Positions 32,077-40,957 of a stretch of DNA of 40,998 nucleotides are shown here, in pieces (position 1 is the first letter of the stretch; every line of letters begins with the position of its first letter). Below the pieces are notes generated by a model. That model had not been told where the DNA came from. It saw only the letters and a list, made by a program, of their open reading frames with translations, and did not search any database. The stretch is from positions 20,755 through 61,752 of the forward strand of contig DAHF01000103.1 in assembly GCA_002495845.1 (NCBI GenBank). The letters are read 5' to 3'. A program made the translations under genes and the position numbers. This stretch comes from Sulfolobus sp. UBA167 (lineage in GTDB: Archaea > Thermoproteota > Thermoprotei_A > Sulfolobales > Sulfolobaceae).

Positions 32077-32328
32077 TCACTCAAAGATGTCCTTGACTTC
32101 CTCTATTAAGTCCTTTAAAATTATAACCTTTGGGTTAGAGTAATTAAGTCTTATCACCTTTGCCCTACTTTCTCCGGATATGATCTCCACGATTCCTTTC
32201 TTCTCCAAGAATTCGATCTCATTTCTAAGCACGTCATACCTCATAGAGCATTTTCTTGACAACTTAGTGATGTTCGTATCCCCTTCCTCGAACAACGCCA
32301 TTATAACTTTCCATCTGGAAGTTGTCAT
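32077..32328 (-). CDS. Small winged-helix (ArsR-like) protein translationally coupled to cdc6
   Basis: NITKLSRK...LEKKGIVE; ATGA overlap with the cdc6 stop. Confidence 0.75.
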   Translation of the reverse strand: MTTSRWKVIMALFEEGDTNITKLSRKCSMRYDVLRNEIEFLEKKGIVEIISGESRAKVIRLNYSNPKVIILKDLIEEVKDIFE

Positions 32329-33596
32329 TGTGATGATATTCTCCCCCTTATTTGAGAGTTGACGAAGTCCTCGAATCTTGGATCTAGGGGTAAAGTGAAA
32401 GAGATTAAAGTGGTCCTACCCCGCATTCCCTTTCCGCTCTGCCTAGTGTTGAGGACGCCGTACTGCCTAAGCCTCCTTATGTTCTCATAAACCTGCGTGT
32501 GCTTTCTGGGCTCCTCTCCGAAGTCGATGCAAAGCTTCTGGTATTCGTTCTCAAGAGTCCCCATCTGTACCTCGTCGTTCCTGCTCCTTTTTGTTAGCTG
32601 GATCAATGCCTTGATAATAAGAAGCTGGTGGAGGTCTGCATCGACTAAGTTGTCCAAGATCTGTGGGATCTCCGGGTTCACGCTTCCATTAGCTTCCTTA
32701 GCATGTTCAAGCGTTACCATGAATGCTCCTTGTTTCTCCGCTATTTCCCCCGCCACAACTAAAGTCTCTATAGCTGCTCTAGCGTTTCCGCTTCCTCCCT
32801 TGTCCTGTCCGTATATGTCAGAAATAAACCTTATAGGGTCATCTGGGACAGCACCCTTGACGAAAGCCTCCTCCGTCCTAGCTTTCAATATATCGAATAA
32901 TTCATCAGAGGAATAAGGAGAGAATTCTATTATGCGTTGTACTATATGGTCTTTTATGGATTTATCTAATCTATAAAGAGAATATGGGTCGTTTACAATG
33001 AAGATATAGCTAATTCGCTTTGTAGTTGCAGATATTTCGTCGTAAATCCTAGCGAGGAAATAGATCTCCTCCTGAGGCGCAGTATCTATGAACTGATTGA
33101 ACTCGTCCAAGGTTAATATCAGATGCATGTTTCTCTTTTCGAGGTAGTCGTGAACTATCTTGAAGATTTCCTGAGAAGAGAGCCCTCTGGTGGGTACTGG
33201 CAACCTCAACTTGTTTGCTATCTCTAGACTTATTAGATAGAGCGTCCTCTGCTTGTGGCAGTTCACATGTATGCTCTCTACCTTAGAGCCCCTTTCGTTG
33301 GCGATCTTCTTGAAATCTTTCTCGAAAGCTGACGTTGTAGCTGTCTTCCCGGTTCCCGTTTTTCCCATTACAACAGTTCTTATCGATCTAACGTAACCTT
33401 CATTTAGGATATCCTTGAAGATGATCCCTAACTCCTTTATTTTGTCCTCCCTATGAGGGAGGAAACTGGGCACATAGTCGAGCTCTAATTTCTTTCTACA
33501 TAAGAAAATTGAAGACTGAGAGCCTATCACATCGTTCAGGATATCCTTAGTGGTTGACTTGTTATTCTCCCCATCACTGTTCAGCAAAAGTTTCAC
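32325..33596 (-). CDS. cdc6: Orc1/Cdc6 initiator family protein (probable Cdc6-2/Orc1-2 type)
   Basis: LPHRE, GKTGTGKT, VNC, LDE, GNAR and wing GMRGRT; paralog type inferred from the rfc/moaC/GINS/MCM neighbourhood; start uncertain. Confidence 0.93.
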   Translation of the reverse strand: MKLLLNSDGENNKSTTKDILNDVIGSQSSIFLCRKKLELDYVPSFLPHREDKIKELGIIFKDILNEGYVRSIRTVVMGKTGTGKTATTSAFEKDFKKIANERGSKVESIHVNCHKQRTLYLISLEIANKLRLPVPTRGLSSQEIFKIVHDYLEKRNMHLILTLDEFNQFIDTAPQEEIYFLARIYDEISATTKRISYIFIVNDPYSLYRLDKSIKDHIVQRIIEFSPYSSDELFDILKARTEEAFVKGAVPDDPIRFISDIYGQDKGGSGNARAAIETLVVAGEIAEKQGAFMVTLEHAKEANGSVNPEIPQILDNLVDADLHQLLIIKALIQLTKRSRNDEVQMGTLENEYQKLCIDFGEEPRKHTQVYENIRRLRQYGVLNTRQSGKGMRGRTTLISFTLPLDPRFEDFVNSQIRGRISSQ

Positions 33597-33620
33597 CCTT
33601 ATGTTAAAGGAATTCTTTTT

Positions 33621-34130
33621 TCAGGTATTTAACTTAAGAGTGGAAGCCGAAAGTTTTTCCTGACCCTTTTTAAGCAGTGAGAGTCCGATGAAATTTTTCA
33701 TCACGTTGATGAACAACACCGAGTCCGGGTCTTGGTAGTTCACAGTCCCTTTTCCCCTCATACCCATGCCTATGCCGATTTCCAGTTCCCTGCAGTCCAC
33801 TAAACCTCCTCTTTTATAGCATTCTACATAGAATTTCTGTATCTTTTTATTTACTAACATATTAATGCCTTCAGTTATCCCCTCTTTGGCGTTTTCACTT
33901 GTAGCTTTCATCAGCGGGAATATCTTGAAGGCTGAAGAAGGGGGCGCAGAGCGCAAAAGTCCATATAAAGTGAGAGGATCCAATTTAGAATATACTGAGA
34001 TCACGTTCCTGACCTCCTCTTCGACCTTAACCTCCTCATCATAAGGGATCACTCTATTTAAAACCTCGACTGCACATTTCCTCCCCTTGTTGTTGCCCGT
34101 AGTGAGTATCACTTTCGGATATGAGTTCAC
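33621..34130 (-). CDS. Stand-alone THUMP domain protein
   Basis: FYVECYKRG, RELEIGIG and VNYQDPDSVLFINV. Confidence 0.75.
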   Translation of the reverse strand: MNSYPKVILTTGNNKGRKCAVEVLNRVIPYDEEVKVEEEVRNVISVYSKLDPLTLYGLLRSAPPSSAFKIFPLMKATSENAKEGITEGINMLVNKKIQKFYVECYKRGGLVDCRELEIGIGMGMRGKGTVNYQDPDSVLFINVMKNFIGLSLLKKGQEKLSASTLKLNT

Positions 34131-34163
34131 AGTTATTACCTTTACATTGTCTAGCTTAATATA

Positions 34164-34706
34164 ATGATGCTGACGAGGATCAAGGCTATTAGGAGTTCTT
34201 TGCTCTCGGATCCCAGGAAGGTGATGGTATTAGAGGAGTGGGGTCCCAGACAGACAATCCATGGAGAGATACACCTTAATAAGGGGAGTGAGGCGGAGCT
34301 TCCCGCTTGGTTAGCTAAGACGCTACAAAAAGAGGGAATAGTGAAGATAATTGATTATTTAACATTGGACGACCTTGGTAGAATATTATTCCAGGAAAAG
34401 CAAAAACCTAACGTTCCAGCCTCGCTCACCAAGACGGACGAAAGGATATACCAAAAAGTAAAGGAACTGGTGTACTACTTAAAGGAGAGGAACGACATTT
34501 CTTCACTTGAGCAGTTGAGAAAGGTAATGTCCATAGCTTCAGAGATCTCCACGCTTAGAATCAGGAAGGTAGTCCAGTTGAGCCTCCTAGGCATAAACGA
34601 CGAGAAAGTCATGGAGAAGATGACGGAGGAAGAGCTTTTAATATTTCGCTCTATAAGAGAAATACTATGTTCTATCAGCGGTGAAGTAAATGGAAAAGCA
34701 GATTGA
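34164..34706 (+). CDS. GINS complex subunit Gins23
   Basis: KGSEAELPAWLAKTL B-domain, RIRKVVQL and MTEEE; immediately upstream of mcm. Confidence 0.88.
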   Translation: MMLTRIKAIRSSLLSDPRKVMVLEEWGPRQTIHGEIHLNKGSEAELPAWLAKTLQKEGIVKIIDYLTLDDLGRILFQEKQKPNVPASLTKTDERIYQKVKELVYYLKERNDISSLEQLRKVMSIASEISTLRIRKVVQLSLLGINDEKVMEKMTEEELLIFRSIREILCSISGEVNGKAD

Positions 34707-36747
34707 CGTAGGAGATTCGTTCATAGACTTCATAACGTCGTTCACGGATAAGAGGGGGGAGAGAAAGTACGTTGAAAAGATCAACAAAATGATAGGGTAT
34801 AGGAACAAGAGCATTGAAGTAGACTTCAACGATGTCTTGTCATACAGTGAGGACTTAGCAAACGTTCTGATAGTAGACGCTAAGCACGCAATTCCACTCG
34901 CTGAGAGGAAGCTCTTTGATTACATAGCCGAGATGGATCCTGACTATCAGCTAGAAGTAAACAAGGTACACGTAAGGCTGATCAACGTACCTAGGTCGGT
35001 ACAACTCAGGAAAATACGTAGTGACGACATAAACAAGCTGGTCAGCGTTGAGGGAATATTAGTTAGGGCAACCCCAGTAAAGGAAAGGGTTGTGAGGATA
35101 TGGCTCCAACACGTACCTCCGGGTTGTGGAGACGAGTTCGAGTGGCCTGCTGACGGGGAAGAGCTACAAGAGACCATTGATATGCCTGCGGTGTGCCCTA
35201 AGTGTGGCAAACCAGGTCAATTCAAGTGGATCAAAGAGAGATCTGAAATAGTAGATTGGCAGAAGGTAGTGATTCAGGAAAAGCCTGAAGAAATACCTGC
35301 AGGACAACTGCCTAGGCAGTTGGAAGCAATACTAGAGGACGACCTAGTCGACTCAGCAAGGCCTGGGGATAGAATAAAGATGGTGGGTGTGCTAGAAATA
35401 AAAGAGGACATACCCATGAAGAAGGGTATCAGATCGGTATTTGATTTTCACATGAAGGTCAACAGCGTTGAGATTTCGCAGAAAGTTTTAGACGAAGTTA
35501 TGATTTCGAAGGAGGACGAAGAGAAGATCAGGGAATTAGCCAAAGACCCATGGATAAAGGAAAGGATAATTTCGTCGATATCTCCATCAATTTACGGACA
35601 TTATGAGATAAAGGAAGCTGTCGCTTTGGCCTTGTTTGGTGGAGTCCCAAAGCTGATGCAGGATGGAACGAGAATAAGGGGAGACATACATCTTCTAATA
35701 ATAGGCGATCCTGGTACTGCAAAGTCACAGACGTTGCAGTTCGCGGCGAGGGTAGCCCCAAGATCTGTTTACACCACTGGCAAGGGATCGACCGCAGCTG
35801 GTCTCACCGCGGCCGTGGTGAGGGAGAAGAACACCGGAGACTATTACCTTGAGGCAGGGGCTTTAGTTCTCGCGGACGGGGGAATAGCTGTGATAGATGA
35901 AATAGACAAGATGAGGGATGAAGATAGGGTAGCTATCCATGAAGCTATGGAGCAACAGACGGTGTCTATAGCCAAGGCAGGGATAGTAGCCAAGTTGAAC
36001 GCTAGGGCTACTATTATAGCTGCGGGAAACCCTAAGCTGGGACGTTACATCTCAGAAAGGTCTATTTCAGATAACATAAACCTTCAGCCCACTATTCTCT
36101 CGAGGTTCGACCTCATATTCATTTTGATAGACAAGCCTAGCGAAAGTGATAAGCTTCTTGCAGACTACATACTTAACGTACACCGCGGCCAAGACTTGGA
36201 TAACTTCATAGACATAGATTTGTTGAAAAAATATATAGCATATGCAAGAAAATATGTAACGCCCGTTATCTCGGACGAAGCTAAGGAGTTAATTCAGAGC
36301 TTCTTCGTGGAGATGAGGAAAAAGAGCACCGAGAGCCCGGACTCTCCAATCTTAATCACGCCGAGGCAATTGGAAGCCCTGATAAGGATGAGCGAAGCTT
36401 ACGCTAAGATGTCGCTTAGAAGCGTTGTCACCCGCGACGATGCTGAGAGGGCAATAAACATCATGAGGATATTCCTGGAGAACGTAGGTTTGGACGTGGA
36501 GTCAGGGAAGATGGACATAGATACGATTATGACCGGGAAACCCAAGAGCGCTAGGGACAAGATGACTACAGTATTGGAAATAATAAATGACATATCCTCT
36601 ATGGAGGAATGCGCCAAGCTGAACAAAATAGAGAAGGAAGCAGAGAAGCGCTCATTGGATAAAGAAAGTATCCACAAGGTGATCCAAGACATGAAGAAGA
36701 GTGGCCTAATTTATGAAAGTAAACCGGACTGTTATAAGACGGTCTAA
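34690..36747 (+). CDS. mcm: MCM replicative helicase
   Basis: H-X4-C...CPKC Zn site, GDPGTAKS, IDEIDKM, SRFD and TPRQLE; no intein. Confidence 0.98.
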   Translation: MEKQIDVGDSFIDFITSFTDKRGERKYVEKINKMIGYRNKSIEVDFNDVLSYSEDLANVLIVDAKHAIPLAERKLFDYIAEMDPDYQLEVNKVHVRLINVPRSVQLRKIRSDDINKLVSVEGILVRATPVKERVVRIWLQHVPPGCGDEFEWPADGEELQETIDMPAVCPKCGKPGQFKWIKERSEIVDWQKVVIQEKPEEIPAGQLPRQLEAILEDDLVDSARPGDRIKMVGVLEIKEDIPMKKGIRSVFDFHMKVNSVEISQKVLDEVMISKEDEEKIRELAKDPWIKERIISSISPSIYGHYEIKEAVALALFGGVPKLMQDGTRIRGDIHLLIIGDPGTAKSQTLQFAARVAPRSVYTTGKGSTAAGLTAAVVREKNTGDYYLEAGALVLADGGIAVIDEIDKMRDEDRVAIHEAMEQQTVSIAKAGIVAKLNARATIIAAGNPKLGRYISERSISDNINLQPTILSRFDLIFILIDKPSESDKLLADYILNVHRGQDLDNFIDIDLLKKYIAYARKYVTPVISDEAKELIQSFFVEMRKKSTESPDSPILITPRQLEALIRMSEAYAKMSLRSVVTRDDAERAINIMRIFLENVGLDVESGKMDIDTIMTGKPKSARDKMTTVLEIINDISSMEECAKLNKIEKEAEKRSLDKESIHKVIQDMKKSGLIYESKPDCYKTV

Positions 36748-36976
36748 AGGTCTATCGAGAAAAATCCTTTGAATGGTTATCAATGGAACTAACCATTTTT
36801 CTTGATACGTCTTTTCTAAGACATGCCTGAAAATTGAATAAAGAAGTTATTCTCGAGTGACCTTTTAACGCTTGTATACACGTTTCTTTATCACATCCCT
36901 AGAGTTTTTTATAACTAGATGTACTTTTTTAAAGAAAATTTATAAAGTTGTATTCAGTAAGTTTTCTGGAGAAAAC

Positions 36977-37135
36977 ATGTCAACAGAGGAAATCGTAAAG
37001 GTATCAAGAAATTATCAGATTACTATACCAGCTAGGATAAGGCAGAGGATAGAAGTAAAGGAAGGAGACTTGGTTAAGATAGTATACGACGAGACCACGA
37101 ATCAGCTAAAGTTGAACATTCTCAAGGTATCTTAA
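36977..37135 (+). CDS. AbrB/SpoVT-family small DNA-binding protein (Sso7c4-like, 52 aa)
   Basis: EIVKVSRNYQITIPARIR...IEVKEGDLV. Confidence 0.88.
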   Translation: MSTEEIVKVSRNYQITIPARIRQRIEVKEGDLVKIVYDETTNQLKLNILKVS

Positions 37136-37343
37136 CTTTTTTACAAAATATTTTCATTTTTTCCAATCTTTTTGTACAAGATTAAGTTTTCCCTTCCGTG
37201 GGTTAAAACTAATATTAAACTCTCGAGGAATGAGTTTTACTACCCATACATAAGAATTCTGCATTTTTAAAAAAGATCTTAAGCTATAGAAAATTCTTGT
37301 AATTGGATACTAAGTATTTCTCATAAAACCGTGTGGATTCAGA

Positions 37344-37559
37344 TTAAGTCCTCTTATAGATAGATATTGGAGTCCACATAACCCATGCCGGGACTTGCTT
37401 TATAAGCTCATATGCCTCCTCCCAGCTGGTTAGCCCGAGTCTCCTCGTCATCTCTTCAAGAGTTATCTGTGTTCTCACATACTCATTCAAAACCGTTACC
37501 GCTTCTTCGTTTATCTCAACTTCTCTACCTGAAGAAAGTTTGACCTTGAACGTTTCCAT
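37344..37559 (-). CDS. Small hypothetical protein with HTH-like segment
   Basis: GGTGA SD before ATG 37559; TLEEMTRRLGLTSWEEAYEL. Confidence 0.75.
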   Translation of the reverse strand: METFKVKLSSGREVEINEEAVTVLNEYVRTQITLEEMTRRLGLTSWEEAYELIKQVPAWVMWTPISIYKRT

Positions 37560-37578
37560 TTCTATCACCAGTCTTCTT

Positions 37579-37914
37579 TCATGTGTGGAATATAGAATTA
37601 ACCATTTGTACGCCGTATATGTTCCATACCATAATGGTCAGGATTATCATAGCTGTTATTATAGCAAAAGAAGCAAGGTCGTTCTGTTTTCTTTCCATGA
37701 GAAGGATGCTGGTGAGAATAATGATTATTACTATGACGCCTACAGTTAGATATTGTGCTGAAGAGAAAGCACCGCTGGATAAGGGGGATATGTAGTACGG
37801 AAACGCTATCACTCCCATTATTCCGACTAACAGTAAGAGCACAAGGACTATGGTAGTATAACTCGAGATAACTTGGCTGTAAAATTTGCTTTGTTCCCTT
37901 GCAGGCTTTGGCAT
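37579..37914 (-). CDS. Small membrane protein (about 3 TM segments)
   Basis: Three hydrophobic stretches; co-oriented directly downstream of carS. Confidence 0.75.
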   Translation of the reverse strand: MPKPAREQSKFYSQVISSYTTIVLVLLLLVGIMGVIAFPYYISPLSSGAFSSAQYLTVGVIVIIIILTSILLMERKQNDLASFAIITAMIILTIMVWNIYGVQMVNSIFHT

Positions 37915-37923
37915 CAGTAACTA

Positions 37924-38418
37924 TTACCATGGGACAGTTTTAATTTTTAATCGATATGCTTCGTAGTTGGTCGCCATGTGCATTAGGAACGCTACGACCA
38001 CGACGAACGCGAACTGGAACAGCGTGGGGGTCTCTCCTAGAACAACGAGGGCCAAGGTGGAGCCAAGTATGAAGTCAAGCTGGTCCAATCCCCACGCCCT
38101 TCCACCACGGGGTATGTTGAGCCTCCTCTTTATGAACGCACCTGCCATGTCTCCTAGCATAGCGAAAATGGACTCAACTAAGCCTATCCATATCCACTGC
38201 TGTCCAAGGAACCTTGATATAATTATCCCAACGTCGGTTCCGAAGGTGATGGACAACAATAATCCTTCAAAAGATTTTCCGTCACCTAGTATCCTCCTTC
38301 TGTCTGTGAAGTTCCTGTGAAAGTCTATTGGAGTCCCGTTCCTAACGAAAGTAGCCCCTCCGTTTGCTGCGAACGCGGGAAGATACATGACAAGACCTAT
38401 CAAGAGACTTATAAGCAT
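37924..38418 (-). CDS. carS: CDP-archaeol synthase
   Basis: PAFAANG, PIDF, RILGDGKSFEG, GDMAGAFIKRRL and LDQLDF. Confidence 0.93.
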   Translation of the reverse strand: MLISLLIGLVMYLPAFAANGGATFVRNGTPIDFHRNFTDRRRILGDGKSFEGLLLSITFGTDVGIIISRFLGQQWIWIGLVESIFAMLGDMAGAFIKRRLNIPRGGRAWGLDQLDFILGSTLALVVLGETPTLFQFAFVVVVAFLMHMATNYEAYRLKIKTVPW

Positions 38419-38921
38419 CCTACCACTTTATCTCGATATATTCTGAACCTGCATTCCCTTAAATTTCCTATCAGACTGGTACCAGTAGTGAGCACGACGT
38501 CGTCTGAAGTCTTTCTCATGAATTTTTCTCCACTTACTTGATTTTTCCATGTCATCTCCCACGAAAGGAGGACTTTTGTGCCAGATAACGATATGGAGCT
38601 AAGCAAAGTCATCAGCTTCATGAAGTCTATGTAGTTCCTCTCTCTCCTATAAGACCTGTTTACCGGGTCTATCACTACCAGCTTCATACCAGAGACCCCT
38701 TGGACTATAGCTTTCGCTATTTCGAACACAGAGGAGACCTCAACGAACCTTGTTTTATGGCTCAACACCGGCTTCTTCATATAGTCGTTGCCTTCAGCTA
38801 TGAAAAGTGAAGGGTATACTTCGCTAGCTACTTGCAGTGAAAGGGACGTCTTTCCGGACCCTGACCTTCCGTATATCGAGATTAGGTTTCCCCTAGAGAA
38901 GAGGAACTCTGATATCTTCAC
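38409..38921 (-). CDS. Short RecA-superfamily (RadB/aRadC-like) P-loop ATPase
   Basis: RGNLISIYGRSGSGKTSL, LVVIDPV and SDDVV; 170 aa. Confidence 0.75.
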   Translation of the reverse strand: MKISEFLFSRGNLISIYGRSGSGKTSLSLQVASEVYPSLFIAEGNDYMKKPVLSHKTRFVEVSSVFEIAKAIVQGVSGMKLVVIDPVNRSYRRERNYIDFMKLMTLLSSISLSGTKVLLSWEMTWKNQVSGEKFMRKTSDDVVLTTGTSLIGNLRECRFRIYRDKVVGCL

Positions 38922-38971
38922 TGCCCAACCGTTACTGAAAATATTTAAAACGTTATTCCCTTAATTAAACT

Positions 38972-39532
38972 GTGGTAGATGGAATCACAATAAACGTGAG
39001 AGACCCTAAGTTATATCATGCACTTCTAATGGAACTTAAGTCCAAGGGGTACAGAGTGGTCAACGACGGGGGGATAATCCTAACCGACGGGGACGAGAAG
39101 GGGATAGATGCAACGGTTAAGGTTAAATCTGAGGAAGACATCCTTCCTGCGATAGGGAAGGTCGCAGTTCTCAGCAGGAGAAAGGAGAAATTCAACGAAC
39201 TCCTAATAGGGGTAGACACGAACCCTCCTTATAATACCGTGGCCGTCGTAGGAGATGGGGAGCTCATAGATTATTATGTCAGGATAGACGTAGCCTCCTT
39301 GTGTGAGCTTTTCGCTAAGCTGATATCCGCTTATCCTCACAAGAGACATCTGATAGGGATAGGCACGGGGAACGTGTTCGGTCATCAAGTCCTTAGCTTT
39401 ACGAGGGAGTTCTTCCCGGACGCTAAGAAAGTTGATGAGTTCAAATCGAGTTCGAGGAATCACTTCAACAACATAAAGGATGCAGATTTAAGGGCAGCCT
39501 TCGCCATAGCTATCAGGGCTTCCAGGGAATGA
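38972..39532 (+). CDS. Hypothetical protein with YqgF/RNase H-like motifs
   Basis: LIGVDT, IGIGTG, VDEFKSS and DLRAAFAIA. Confidence 0.65.
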   Translation: MVDGITINVRDPKLYHALLMELKSKGYRVVNDGGIILTDGDEKGIDATVKVKSEEDILPAIGKVAVLSRRKEKFNELLIGVDTNPPYNTVAVVGDGELIDYYVRIDVASLCELFAKLISAYPHKRHLIGIGTGNVFGHQVLSFTREFFPDAKKVDEFKSSSRNHFNNIKDADLRAAFAIAIRASRE

Positions 39533-39596
39533 TATGCAAGTCTAGCTTCTTGCTCACCGAAAACCCTTATTATCCAGTTTACCTATCTTTCATAGA

Positions 39597-40160
39597 TTGT
39601 TTCTCATCTCTATAGAGGGAATAGACGGTTCAGGCAAGACCACTTTAGCCAAGGCTCTGGTAGAAAGGCTTCAGGGGAATGGCAGGGCAGCTATTTACAC
39701 TAAAGAGCCCTTCACCCCCGAGCTAACTGCTGTGATTGAAAGGATGGGCTGGGACGACCCGATAATGCTAACCTTGCTTTTCTCTGCCGACAGGAGGATA
39801 CACGTTAAGTGGATGGAGGAACAAGGAGCGGAAATCGTAGTTACGGATAGATATGTCCATTCTACAATAGCGTACCAGAGCGCGATGGGAATAGAGGAAG
39901 AATGGATAACTTTGGTCAATTCTAAATTTCCTCAGCCCAATCTGACCGTACTCCTGGACGTGAACCCAAACGTAGCGATGTCCAGGATAAAGAAGGGAGA
40001 TTTATTCGATTTCCCAGAAAAAAGGAGGTTGCTTGAAAAGGTCAGGGAGAAATACCTTGGTTTAGCCAAGGGGGATAACTTCTTAGTGGTCGACGCCAAT
40101 AGACCAGCATTGGAAGTGGAGACAGAGGTCTTCACTTACCTCCTTGAGAGGTTACCTTAA
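39597..40160 (+). CDS. tmk: Thymidylate kinase
   Basis: IEGIDGSGKTT, TKEP, LFSADR and TDRY..STIAYQ. Confidence 0.95.
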   Translation: MFLISIEGIDGSGKTTLAKALVERLQGNGRAAIYTKEPFTPELTAVIERMGWDDPIMLTLLFSADRRIHVKWMEEQGAEIVVTDRYVHSTIAYQSAMGIEEEWITLVNSKFPQPNLTVLLDVNPNVAMSRIKKGDLFDFPEKRRLLEKVREKYLGLAKGDNFLVVDANRPALEVETEVFTYLLERLP

Positions 40161-40491
40161 CTCTCCTTATCCTCTCTATTGCATCGAGGTACCTAATTAC
40201 CTGCATGAGTGAGTCCTGGTCAGTCGGATCTTCCTTTATCTTGCTTGAGAGGTAATATAAGTTGTTCACTAAGACGTCTTCAACTTTATCCATGGTCACG
40301 TTCTTTTTGATGGTCTCCTCCTCTTCGTCGTTCTTCACCAAATAAATTTTGCCGTGTGTAGGACATAACACGTCTCCGTTCTTGAGCCTGAACAATGGCA
40401 TCCCGCACTGGGGGCAGGCATCGCTCAGCATCGTGGCACCTTGCCTTAGGAGGTCGGCCGCCTTCTTAACGTTCTGTTCTCTGCTGGACAT
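40132..40491 (-). CDS. UPF0148 / SSSCA1-like Zn-ribbon protein
   Basis: LLRQGATMLSDACPQCGMPLF...CPTHG. Confidence 0.88.
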   Translation of the reverse strand: MSSREQNVKKAADLLRQGATMLSDACPQCGMPLFRLKNGDVLCPTHGKIYLVKNDEEEETIKKNVTMDKVEDVLVNNLYYLSSKIKEDPTDQDSLMQVIRYLDAIERIRRVKVTSQGGK

Positions 40492-40536
40492 AAATAAACC
40501 TAAAACTCAGTAGATAAAAAATAGTATGGTGAAAAC

Positions 40537-40806
40537 ATGGCATCCCCCTACGATAACGAGGCTAAGCTAAAGCAAGCTGTAATTCTTCTTCAAAAGATAG
40601 TGAACGACACAAGCGTCCCAAGGAATATAAGGAGAGCTGCGACAGACGCGATAAGGAACTTGCAGGACAACGGAATAAGCCACGCAGTCCGAGCTGCAAA
40701 TGCAATAGGAATACTCGAGGACATAAGTCAAGATCCTAACATGCCGATGCACGCTAGAATCTCCATATGGAACGTTGTATCCGTACTTGAAACGATAAGA
40801 GATTAA
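40537..40806 (+). CDS. UPF0147 family protein
   Basis: [12 protein letters not shown]...[11 protein letters not shown]. Confidence 0.92.
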   Translation: MASPYDNEAKLKQAVILLQKIVNDTSVPRNIRRAATDAIRNLQDNGISHAVRAANAIGILEDISQDPNMPMHARISIWNVVSVLETIRD

Positions 40807-40808
40807 TC

Positions 40809-40816
40809 TTTAAATA
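40809..40816 (+). promoter_or_regulatory. TATA box of tRNA-Leu
   Basis: TTTAAATA about 30 nt upstream of the tRNA 5' end. Confidence 0.6.
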
Positions 40817-40842
40817 CAGTGGAGGAGAAGTATTTTTGGAGA

Positions 40843-40927
40843 GCGGGGGTGCCCGAGTTAGGCCAAAGGGGACAGGCTTAGGCCCTGTTGGAGCAGTCCT
40901 GCGTGGGTCCAAATCCCACCCCCCGCA
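40843..40927 (+). tRNA. tRNA-Leu(TAG), intronless, CCA not encoded
   Basis: Acceptor stem GCGGGGG/CCCCCGC plus A73; anticodon arm ACAGG-CTTAGGC-CCTGT; variable arm GGA-GCAG-TCC; T arm GTGGG-TCCAAAT-CCCAC. Confidence 0.96.
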
Positions 40928-40957
40928 TCTTTTTAAGGTTTGGTCTTGTGACACGTT

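Noticed and set aside
28654-34163. Replication origin near cdc6 or in the AT-rich gap
   Set aside because: No ORB/mini-ORB repeats with G-strings were seen, and the gaps flanking cdc6 are tiny.
36977-37135. AbrB protein as the antitoxin of a TA pair
   Set aside because: No adjacent PIN or other toxin gene; it resembles stand-alone Sso7c4-type proteins.
4138-40160. Convergent 3' overlaps (pncB/phoU, kinase/Zn-ribbon, rfcL/moaC, tmk/UPF0148)
   Set aside because: Short tail-to-tail overlaps are ordinary in compact Sulfolobales genomes.
4-40954. Numerous antisense or overlapping ORFs in the track (e.g. 4..270, 563..898, 1809..2231, 5310..5801, 32497..32916, 40754..40954)
   Set aside because: They are shadow frames opposite well-supported genes or the tRNA, with no recognisable motifs.
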